Positions 36,624 to 44,805 of a stretch of DNA of 64,000 bases are shown piece after piece. The position numbers and the translations under genes are program-made. Under the pieces are notes generated by a model. The model did no database searches. It was not told where the DNA came from and saw nothing but the letters and a program-made list of their open reading frames with translations. This DNA comes from Eubacteriales bacterium (GTDB lineage: Bacteria > Bacillota > Clostridia > Oscillospirales > CAG-272). Position 1 is the first letter of the stretch. Each line of letters begins with the position of its first letter. The DNA is taken from positions 524 to 64,523 of the forward strand of contig JAZQKP010000014.1 in assembly GCA_045542275.1 (NCBI GenBank), written 5' to 3'.

Positions 36624-39300
36624 TTTCCTTCCTCCAATTATTACTTACTTCTATACTATGAGCATTTTCACTTATATATTCCCCTCTTTTTAGTCTTATA
36701 AGCTTAGAAGCAAGCTTCCTTAAAAAATCAAATATAACAACTGAGGATGAGATCAAAATAGTTGATATTAAATCATGGATTGACAAAGGGATACATCTAA
36801 AGATATCACCACTAAAATATATAAAGCATATTTGCACTATGGCAATAAGCATCATTATTAAAATAAAGGAGAGATTTTTGGAGATATTTGCAAAAATATT
36901 CAGTCTTTCTGTCCTTGATACAAAGCAAACGAATATACACATAAAGCACAGCATTGCAAAGAAGGCACTGAGAAGATATCCTTCATCACTTCTATGTAAA
37001 ATCATACACAGGGTATCACTTTTTAAAAACCAAACACACAAAAACAGGATAAATGCCCCGTTTATCAGTACCTTTTTCAGCATTGGTACTGACAATATAC
37101 TTTCATCTCTGCTTTTTGGCATAGACCTCATATATTCCCCAAGAGGTGGCTCTGATGCAAAGGCGAGTGCTCCCAAGGTGTCCATTATTATATTGACCCA
37201 CAGCATTTGAGTTACGGTGACGGGACTGTCAACGCCTATAAATGGTCCTATAAAGGAAATTCCTGTGGCTCCAAGGTTAACAGTTAACTGAAACACAATG
37301 AATTTACGAATGGAATGAAATATTGTTCTGCCGTACAAAATAGCCTTACAGATTGATTTGAAATTATTGTCCGAAATTACTATGTCGCCGGCATCCTTGG
37401 CAACATCTGTGCCGGAGCCCATAGCAAAGCCTACATCTGCTCTTTTAAGGGATGATGCATCATTTATTCCGTCACCTGTCATACCGACTACATAACCTTT
37501 TTTCTGCCCTATTTGTACAAGTCTGCTTTTATCAGATGGTAAAACTCTTGCTATAACAGCTATTCTGTCTAATATATCGCCTATTTCATTATCGCTTAAA
37601 ATTGAAAGCTCCTCGCCTGTCAAAACAATTTTTCTTTTTGAATAAGGAGTAATTATACCACATTCCTTAGCAATCGCTTCGGCAGTATCCTTATTATCGC
37701 CTGTTATCATAATGACCCCCACACCTGCCTCGCTTACCTCTTTTATTGCAGTGGGTACCTCTTTTCGGACCTTATCCCTTATTGCCAAAAATCCAAGAAA
37801 AATAATATCACTAAGCTCAGTATTGGTGTCGTTCTTATATCCCATAGCTACCACTCTGTATGCTGATGAGGTATATTCCTTTAAAGTAGTAAAAATCTTC
37901 TCTTTTGTGTCAAAATTATGCAAAACCCCATATACGTCCATATATTTTTGCGACATATTAAGTATTTTTTCGGGTGCGCCTTTAAAAAAGGTCAATGCTT
38001 TTCCTCCGTCATTTACGGCGACAGCGCTATATTTTTTTGCGCTGTCAAAGGGGGTTTTTGAGATTATTTCTGTCGAATAATAGCTCCCACGGACAAATTC
38101 GCATATAGCCTTATCAGTTTGATTGGCTGATGTCACCTTTCTTCCGTTTATTTCATTGTTTCCACAAAAAATCGCACACTGGGTCAGGTATTTTTTATAA
38201 ATTCCCTCTTTCAAGCTGTTAAATGAACGTACCTTTTCACCACTTGGTGAGTAAAGCTCCATAACCTTTAATTTACCCTCTGTAAGTGTGCCTGTTTTGT
38301 CTGTAAAAAGGAGATTTATATTACCTGAGGTTTCTATTCCCGTAAGCTTTCTTACTATAACATTATCCCTCATCATTTTCTTCATATTTGAGGATAGCAC
38401 GACTGTTATCATCATCGGTAAGCCCTCGGGGACCGCCACCACTATTACAGATATGGCAAGAGTAAGGGCTGATAAGAGTGTTGACATCATAAATCTTACG
38501 TCTTTTATCTTTAAAAGCATCTCTGTCTTATTCATTGAGGAGTCGATTACTATAGCATTAAAAAGGTAGGCTATGGCGACAAGACAGGCTGTTATATACC
38601 CTATTTTACTTATGCTTTTTGCAAGGACGGACAGTCTGTGCTTTAGCGGACTCGGTCTTGTGTCAATGGTAAGCTCCCCTGCTATTTTACCGTAATATGT
38701 ATCCTTTCCTACGGTACGTACTATGGCTTCGCCGTATCCTGAGCATATAAGCGCACCCTTTAAAAGCTTTTTATCATTTTGATTTTTCTTAACCTCGGTA
38801 CTTTCCCCAGTAAGTGCCGATTCATCAATTCCAAGCTCGCCTGAAAGAAGCTCAGCATCTGCCTGTATTCGCATACCGGGGTTTAAAATTATAATATCAT
38901 TTACTACTATTTCTTCTGCGCTTATTTCACGTACCTCGCCCATACGTCTAACAAGACAGACAGAGCTTTCACTCTCTGCCCTAAGCCTTTCAAAGGCGTT
39001 TTCATTGCTATATTCTGATAAGGCAGAAACAAGTGTTGAAATACATATTGAAACGGCAATTCCTCCGGATTCAAACCAATTTATATTTGGAAAAACAAAA
39101 ATTATATTAAGAAATAATGCTATAATTAACACTCTTATTATGGGGTCAGAAAAATTTGAAATAAAAAGAGAGAAAAAGCTCCTTTTCTTCCCTCTTTCCA
39201 ACCTATTGGAGCCGTATTTCTCTCTGTATTTTATAACCTCGTTATCGCTTAAGCCCGTTTTTATGTCTTGCATATAAGATGTCCTTTCTTTTTTATACAT
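36613..39300 (-). CDS. calcium-translocating P-type ATPase (P2 type)
   Basis: DKTGTLT phosphorylation motif, TGES, MITGDN and GDGINDA, with 10-TM topology. An alternative start at ATG 39273 has the better RBS. Confidence 0.88.
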   Translation of the reverse strand: MYKKERTSYMQDIKTGLSDNEVIKYREKYGSNRLERGKKRSFFSLFISNFSDPIIRVLIIALFLNIIFVFPNINWFESGGIAVSICISTLVSALSEYSNENAFERLRAESESSVCLVRRMGEVREISAEEIVVNDIIILNPGMRIQADAELLSGELGIDESALTGESTEVKKNQNDKKLLKGALICSGYGEAIVRTVGKDTYYGKIAGELTIDTRPSPLKHRLSVLAKSISKIGYITACLVAIAYLFNAIVIDSSMNKTEMLLKIKDVRFMMSTLLSALTLAISVIVVAVPEGLPMMITVVLSSNMKKMMRDNVIVRKLTGIETSGNINLLFTDKTGTLTEGKLKVMELYSPSGEKVRSFNSLKEGIYKKYLTQCAIFCGNNEINGRKVTSANQTDKAICEFVRGSYYSTEIISKTPFDSAKKYSAVAVNDGGKALTFFKGAPEKILNMSQKYMDVYGVLHNFDTKEKIFTTLKEYTSSAYRVVAMGYKNDTNTELSDIIFLGFLAIRDKVRKEVPTAIKEVSEAGVGVIMITGDNKDTAEAIAKECGIITPYSKRKIVLTGEELSILSDNEIGDILDRIAVIARVLPSDKSRLVQIGQKKGYVVGMTGDGINDASSLKRADVGFAMGSGTDVAKDAGDIVISDNNFKSICKAILYGRTIFHSIRKFIVFQLTVNLGATGISFIGPFIGVDSPVTVTQMLWVNIIMDTLGALAFASEPPLGEYMRSMPKSRDESILSVPMLKKVLINGAFILFLCVWFLKSDTLCMILHRSDEGYLLSAFFAMLCFMCIFVCFVSRTERLNIFANISKNLSFILIMMLIAIVQICFIYFSGDIFRCIPLSIHDLISTILISSSVVIFDFLRKLASKLIRLKRGEYISENAHSIEVSNNWRKENAR

Positions 39301-39423
39301 CTTTATTCAAGCTATTATCGTATTATGACCGTGACCACTTTTTATAGGGTAATATAAGTCTTTATTATGTATTTTTATTTTACATTTTTGAAAATAAAGT
39401 TAACAAAATTTTATACATTTATA

Positions 39424-39452
39424 TTGATTCAACTCTTTTTTTACTGTATAAT
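39424..39452 (+). promoter_or_regulatory. sigma-A promoter of 39494-41116
   Basis: TTGATT, 17-nt spacer, TATAAT. Confidence 0.55.
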
Positions 39453-39493
39453 AGCCTTACAAGCAAGCTTAATATTCATAAAGGAGGAGACAT

Positions 39494-41116
39494 ATGAAAA
39501 GGTATATCATTCTTATATTTACTATCATGATTGTTATAGCATCTATGCTTCTTATATCCTGCGGAGAATGTGAACATACATTCGGAGAGTGGGAGATAAT
39601 CAAGGATGCAACCTGCACAGAAAAGGGAACTCAGTCCCATACCTGTACAAAGTGCGGTCACACTGAGCTTAATGACATTGAAGCATTAGGTCATAAGGAA
39701 GCTATAAAAGAAAAAGTTGAGCCTACCTGCACAGAATCCGGACTTACCGAGGGTAAATATTGCAAGGTATGTAATGAAATAATTACAAAGCAGGTTAAAA
39801 TAAATGCTACCGGACATAAAGAAGTCGTAGACAAGGCAGTAGAACCTACCTGCAGTTCCATAGGTCTTACCGAAGGAAAGCATTGCTCTGTTTGTAATGA
39901 AAAAACAGTTAAGCAAACCGAGATACCTAAGCTTGAACACACTTACGGTGATTGGGTAAAGAATACTGACGGCACATGCACTACTAAAGGTACTGAAAAA
40001 AGAACTTGCTCTGTATGTAATTATTCTGATATAAGAGATTTAGATTATGTTTCACACGTATACGGAGAATGGATAGATGCAATTGCGCCTACCGAAACAA
40101 ATGACGGTACCGCAGGCCACTATCATTGCTCAGTATGTGGTAAGGATTTCAACAAAAACGGAGTTCAATTAAAATCTCTTGTTCTTCCAAAGGAAGCAAA
40201 GGGACTTGAGGTAGAGTTTAACTCAGGAAACACCTGCACAATCCTTGGAATAGGTACATATACAAATCCCGACTCCCAGCTTTATATTCCGTATTCAATA
40301 AATGGAAGCATTGTTACAAAAATTGCCGACTACGCATTTAAAAATTGTACTGATATAACGTTTGTTAGAGTTGACTCAGGAGTTACACTTATTGGAAAAA
40401 GTGCCTTTGAGGGATGCTCAAACCTCGAAAGTGCATATATGGTAGGTGTAATTACTGTTGATTCTGCTGCATTTAAAGGATGTACTCGACTTAACGAAGT
40501 TGAGTTCGGTGTAATTGAATATATTAAAGACGAAGCATTTATGAATTGCTCGTCTCTTGCATATCTATATCTCTCAGAATTCCTTAAAACCATAGGAAAC
40601 AAGGCATTTATGGGTTGTGATAATATCTCCACCCCACGTACAACAGGTGCTAACTCACACAGTGTGTTCCTGCCCGATACTGTTACAACCGTGGGCGACT
40701 ATGCCTTTTCAGAATGTGAAAATCTTAAATCTATAGTTATGTGGGAAACAAATATTACTTCTGTTGGTAAGGGTGTATTTGCAAACTGCCCCAAATTTTC
40801 AAGTGTAAGTGGTTTCTTAAATAAGATTTCTAAGATTCCCGACGAAATGTTTATGAATTGCGACAGCATAGTTATTTTGGGTATGCTTGGTAACAACATA
40901 ACATCTATTGGCACTAAAGCTTTTATGGATTGCGATAATCTTGAAAGCTTTTATATTACTGACAAAATAACAAGTATTGGCTCCGAAGCATTCAAGGATT
41001 GCGAAAAGCTTAAAACAGTTTACGATTTATCAAGCTCAATCAATATTCAAAAGGGCTCAATGGAAAACGGATATATAGGCTATTACGCAGACAATATATT
41101 TACAACCTTAGGATAA
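39494..41116 (+). CDS. lipoprotein with N-terminal Cys/His-rich repeat modules and a C-terminal BspA-like LRR domain
   Basis: Lipobox LISCG. About six modules carrying H...C...CxxC spacing. LRR_5-type repeats from about aa 230. AGGAGG RBS. Confidence 0.8.
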   Translation: MKRYIILIFTIMIVIASMLLISCGECEHTFGEWEIIKDATCTEKGTQSHTCTKCGHTELNDIEALGHKEAIKEKVEPTCTESGLTEGKYCKVCNEIITKQVKINATGHKEVVDKAVEPTCSSIGLTEGKHCSVCNEKTVKQTEIPKLEHTYGDWVKNTDGTCTTKGTEKRTCSVCNYSDIRDLDYVSHVYGEWIDAIAPTETNDGTAGHYHCSVCGKDFNKNGVQLKSLVLPKEAKGLEVEFNSGNTCTILGIGTYTNPDSQLYIPYSINGSIVTKIADYAFKNCTDITFVRVDSGVTLIGKSAFEGCSNLESAYMVGVITVDSAAFKGCTRLNEVEFGVIEYIKDEAFMNCSSLAYLYLSEFLKTIGNKAFMGCDNISTPRTTGANSHSVFLPDTVTTVGDYAFSECENLKSIVMWETNITSVGKGVFANCPKFSSVSGFLNKISKIPDEMFMNCDSIVILGMLGNNITSIGTKAFMDCDNLESFYITDKITSIGSEAFKDCEKLKTVYDLSSSINIQKGSMENGYIGYYADNIFTTLG

Positions 41117-41118
41117 AC

Positions 41119-41151
41119 AAAAAAAGACACGGACAAAATCCGTGTCTTTTT
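41119..41151. terminator. bidirectional intrinsic terminator
   Basis: AAAAAGACACGGA-caaaa-TCCGTGTCTTTTT between convergent genes. Confidence 0.8.
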
Positions 41152-41163
41152 ATTTAATCTGAA

Positions 41164-43272
41164 TTAAAGAGCGTCTTTTCTTGAAAGGTTTGCTCTGCCC
41201 TTGTCGTCGATGCCAAGGAACTTAACGAGCATTTCGTCGCCTACCTGACAAACGTCCTCAACCTTTTCTGTTCTCTCCTTAGCAAGCTTGGAGATGTGAA
41301 CAAGGCCCTGTCTGCCGGGAGCATACTCAACAAATGCGCCGATTTCAATAATTCTTACAACCTTTGCATTGTAGATTGCGCCTACCTCAGGCTCAAATAC
41401 AATTGCTGCAATCTCTGCTCTTGCTGCGTCGATGGACTGCATGCTGATAGCGGAGATAAAGATTGTACCGTCTTCCTGAATGTCAACCTTAGCGCCTGTT
41501 TCTGCAACGATCTTCTGAATTACCTTACCGCCTGTACCGATAACCTCACGGATCTTTTCAGGCTTAATGTTCATTGTGATCATCTTAGGAGCATAATCGG
41601 ATACCTGCGCTCTGGGAGCGGGGATAGTCTTAAGAATTACTTCGTCAATGATAGCATCACGGCCCTTATGTGTAACCTCAAGAGCTTCCTTAATGATTTC
41701 AGGTGTAAGACCGTCAATTTTAAGGTCCATCTGGATAGATGTGATACCCTTATGTGTACCGGCTACCTTAAAGTCCATATCTCCATAGAAGTCCTCAAGA
41801 CCCTGAATGTCGATCATAGTCATCCACTTTTCGCCCTCTGTGATAAGACCGCAGGAGATACCTGCAACGGGAGCCTTGATCGGAACACCTGCGTCCATAA
41901 GAGCAAGTGTAGATCCACATACAGAAGCCTGTGATGTAGAGCCGTTAGAGGAGATAACCTCGGATACAAGACGGATAGCATAGGGGAATTCCTCTACTGA
42001 GGGAAGAACGGGAACAAGGGATCTTTCAGCGAGTGCGCCGTGACCGATTTCACGTCTACCGGGAGTACGGGACGCCTTAGCCTCACCTGTGGAGTAGCCG
42101 GGCATATTGTAGTGATGCATATATCTCTTCTCTGTTTCCTCATCGATACCGTCAAGCATCTGGCACTCGGAAATAGGACCGAGAGTAGCAAGTGTCATAA
42201 CCTGTGTCTGTCCACGTGTAAACATACCGCTACCGTGGATCTTCTTGAACATACCAACCTCAGCTGTAAGAGGTCTGATTTCGTCCATTCTACGTCCGTC
42301 AACACGCTTCTTGTCCTCAAGGAGCCAACGGCGAACGATCTTCTTCTGGATTTTGTAGATAAGCTCTGCCATAATAGCGGAGATATCGGGATACTTTTCT
42401 TCAAATGTAGCTACGATATTTTCCATGATGGGCTGCATTCTTGCATCACGGATTGTCTTGTCGTCTGTGTCAAGAGCGTACATAACGTCCTTTTCGCAGA
42501 ATGCAAATACTTCATCAAACATATCGTGGTCAAGCTCGCAAGAGGGATATGCAAACTTAGGCTTACCAATCTCAGCAACGATACCGTTGATAAATACGAT
42601 AAGCTTCTTGATTTCCTCATGAGCCATCATGATAGCTGCGTACATATCCTCATCGGATACTTCCTTAGCGCCAGCCTCAATCATAACAACCTTCTTTTCG
42701 CTTGCAGCAACTGTAAGCTCAAGTGTGCTTTCACGTCTCTGCTCAGATGTGGGGTTAATTACGATCTTGCCGTCTACCATACCCATAAAGAGACCGCCGA
42801 TAGGACCGTTCCAAGGAATATCGGAGATAGAAAGGGCGATAGATGCACCGATCATAGCTGCAATTTCAGGGGAGCAATCGTTATCTACAGAAAGAACTGT
42901 AAGAGAAATGTTTACATCGTTACGAAGGTCCTTAGGGAAAAGAGGACGGATAGGACGGTCAATTACTCTGGATGTGAGAACTGCCTTTTCAGAGGGCTTA
43001 CCTTCTCTCTTAAGGTAACCACCGGGGATTCTACCAACGGAATACATTCTTTCCTCAAAGTCTACTGAGAGAGGAAGGAAGTCAATACCGTCTCTGGGTG
43101 CTGCAGATGCTGTAGCACATGCAAGAATTACTGTTTCACCGTAGCGAATAAGAACGCTACCGTTTGCAAGACCTGCCATCTTACCGCTCTCAACAACGAG
43201 CTTACGGCCGGCAAGGTCATATTCATAGGTCTTATAGTTGTCAAAAACCTTTTCTGTGAACATCTTAGACAT
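41164..43272 (-). CDS. pnp: polyribonucleotide nucleotidyltransferase (PNPase)
   Basis: Two RNase PH domains, then KH, then S1 (GAIYNAKVVRIIEIGAFVEY). Start set at ATG 43272, preceded by GGAGGAAAACAAA. Confidence 0.94.
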   Translation of the reverse strand: MSKMFTEKVFDNYKTYEYDLAGRKLVVESGKMAGLANGSVLIRYGETVILACATASAAPRDGIDFLPLSVDFEERMYSVGRIPGGYLKREGKPSEKAVLTSRVIDRPIRPLFPKDLRNDVNISLTVLSVDNDCSPEIAAMIGASIALSISDIPWNGPIGGLFMGMVDGKIVINPTSEQRRESTLELTVAASEKKVVMIEAGAKEVSDEDMYAAIMMAHEEIKKLIVFINGIVAEIGKPKFAYPSCELDHDMFDEVFAFCEKDVMYALDTDDKTIRDARMQPIMENIVATFEEKYPDISAIMAELIYKIQKKIVRRWLLEDKKRVDGRRMDEIRPLTAEVGMFKKIHGSGMFTRGQTQVMTLATLGPISECQMLDGIDEETEKRYMHHYNMPGYSTGEAKASRTPGRREIGHGALAERSLVPVLPSVEEFPYAIRLVSEVISSNGSTSQASVCGSTLALMDAGVPIKAPVAGISCGLITEGEKWMTMIDIQGLEDFYGDMDFKVAGTHKGITSIQMDLKIDGLTPEIIKEALEVTHKGRDAIIDEVILKTIPAPRAQVSDYAPKMITMNIKPEKIREVIGTGGKVIQKIVAETGAKVDIQEDGTIFISAISMQSIDAARAEIAAIVFEPEVGAIYNAKVVRIIEIGAFVEYAPGRQGLVHISKLAKERTEKVEDVCQVGDEMLVKFLGIDDKGRANLSRKDAL

Positions 43273-43410
43273 TTTGTTTTCCTCCATTTGGATTTTAATT
43301 TTCCTTATGCGAGAAGACATAGCACTTAACCAAATACCAAATTTTTTGATGCTTGGTTAATTGCTACCTCACTCGCATCTTTACTGATTTGCCAATGAAT
43401 TTTAGTAAGC

Positions 43411-43466
43411 AAAACTTTGGCTGTGCAAATTTTTGCACAGCCAAACCTGTGCGCCAAGGCGCACTT
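43411..43466 (-). terminator. rpsO terminator / pnp leader hairpins
   Basis: On the minus strand: GTGCGC-cttg-GCGCAC, then a 12-14 bp stem TTTGGCTGTGCA...TGCACAGCCAAA followed by GTTTT. Confidence 0.6.
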
Positions 43467-43471
43467 TTGTT

Positions 43472-43735
43472 TTACTTTCTGAGCTCGAGCTTCTCGATGA
43501 GAGCACGATAGCGCTCAATGTCAACCTTTGCAAGGTAGTTAAGAAGGTTTCTTCTTGCACCAACCATCTTGAGAAGACCTCTTCTGGAGTGGTGGTCCTT
43601 ATCATTCTTCTTAAGGTGCTCATTAAGAGCCTTAATACGATATGTGAGAAGAGCTACCTGTACTTCGGGAGAACCTGTGTCACCCTCGTGTGTTGCATAA
43701 GCTGCAATGATTTCCTGCTTGTTCATTTTCTTCAC
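43472..43735 (-). CDS. rpsO: 30S ribosomal protein S15
   Basis: 87 aa; [38 protein letters not shown] signature. Confidence 0.95.
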   Translation of the reverse strand: MKKMNKQEIIAAYATHEGDTGSPEVQVALLTYRIKALNEHLKKNDKDHHSRRGLLKMVGARRNLLNYLAKVDIERYRALIEKLELRK

Positions 43736-43829
43736 CTCATAAAAATTTATTGACCCATATACACAGCAGACGGCAGGTGAAATAACCTATCGGTCTATAC
43801 CCGTTAGCCGAGTATGCGGTGTCCTGTGC

Positions 43830-43858
43830 ATTATAACACAAGTATTTTACTTTGTAAA
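43830..43858 (-). promoter_or_regulatory. sigma-A promoter of rpsO, followed by a structured leader of about 95 nt
   Basis: On the minus strand: TTTACA, 17-nt spacer, TGtTATAAT. It overlaps the 3' end of the upstream gene. Confidence 0.5.
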
Positions 43859-44245
43859 GTGTTTTTTCGAAATTTTTTTCTTTTTTTCTTTTATTATTTG
43901 ATAAACTACTTTAAATGCTGTTTGTCCTCCACTTAAAATAAGCAGAACTCCCAGTACAATTCTGGGGATTTTCGGGTCAACCGTATTTGCAAGATAAGAG
44001 CCTATTAATGTACCGGGTATTGAAAACAGAACAATGGGTAGCAGCCTTTTTAAATTCAGATTTCGTTTTCTTAGATGGATAAGAAGTGAGGAAAATCCGG
44101 CTATTAGAAAGAATAAAAGATTAGTTCCTTGAGCTATTAACTGTGGATAATTCATACACAGGGTCAGGTATATTACTAAAAATCCCCCACCTCCAATGCC
44201 CATTCCAACAAGTATTGCAATAAGAAAGCAAACAAGCATCATCAT
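43847..44245 (-). CDS. TauE/SafE (TSUP) family transporter, C-terminal half-size protein
   Basis: 132 aa with 4 TMs and Gly-rich TM motifs typical of TSUP repeats. Starts 1 nt after the stop of the preceding half. Confidence 0.65.
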   Translation of the reverse strand: MMMLVCFLIAILVGMGIGGGGFLVIYLTLCMNYPQLIAQGTNLLFFLIAGFSSLLIHLRKRNLNLKRLLPIVLFSIPGTLIGSYLANTVDPKIPRIVLGVLLILSGGQTAFKVVYQIIKEKKKKISKKHFTK

Positions 44246-44246
44246 A

Positions 44247-44633
44247 TTATTTCAACACCATGGAAAAGCCTGAATAAATTACTAATGCTGAAAAAATCAG
44301 ACTAAGCCACTTCCTTTCTATTTTATCCATAAGATATGCACCGACAATACCTCCCAAAATGATAGGTAGCAACGACAGCCTTATAAGCTCATAATCAACG
44401 TTTTCTCCTTTAACATAAAAATACAGGCTGACAAAAGACATGGGCAAGACCGCCATTATTGTCATTGCAAAATTATTTTTTACATTTTCTTTTTCTAAGT
44501 AAGCCAAAAGATATATTAGCACTATTCCTGCGCCTGTGCCTAAAAAGCCGTTTATTACTCCTGCAAGACAGGAGAAAAATCCTAATATCAGATATTTGAT
44601 GATTCTTTTATTTAATGTTTTGTTTTCCCTCAT
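44247..44633 (-). CDS. TauE/SafE (TSUP) family transporter, N-terminal half-size protein
   Basis: 128 aa with 4 TMs (LGFFSCLAGVINGFLGTGAGIV motif). Confidence 0.65.
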   Translation of the reverse strand: MRENKTLNKRIIKYLILGFFSCLAGVINGFLGTGAGIVLIYLLAYLEKENVKNNFAMTIMAVLPMSFVSLYFYVKGENVDYELIRLSLLPIILGGIVGAYLMDKIERKWLSLIFSALVIYSGFSMVLK

Positions 44634-44805
44634 AGTATAAAATTTTCGTATTTTTTTATTTTCTATTGTTTTTTTAATATTTTTCTGTTATTATAATATA
44701 TATGGGAATATATCTATCCCTATTTTTTTCAATGTCAAATTTTATTTTAACCGATTTTATCAGCTATATGCTTTGATATATTCGTCGCAAAGAAAGGAAT
44801 CAAAA

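Noticed and set aside
42040-43068. 342-aa ORF antisense to pnp, and similar long shadow ORFs (3118-3909, 1676-2368, 1642-2100, 45688-46302, 31475-32032, 20276-20842, 29062-29574, 41296-41934)
   Set aside because: Each lies entirely inside a confidently identified gene on the opposite strand. They have low-complexity or Cys/Leu/Ser-rich translations, no RBS and no recognisable motif, which is typical of antisense frame artefacts.
43390-43410. AATGAATTTTAGTAA in the rpsO-pnp spacer resembling the TTACA-type response-regulator site
   Set aside because: The half-site spacing and sequence are off (TTACTAAAATTCATT). It lies inside a transcribed leader rather than at a promoter, so it is likely chance. 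The same applies to GTAATGAATT at about 7524 inside a coding region.
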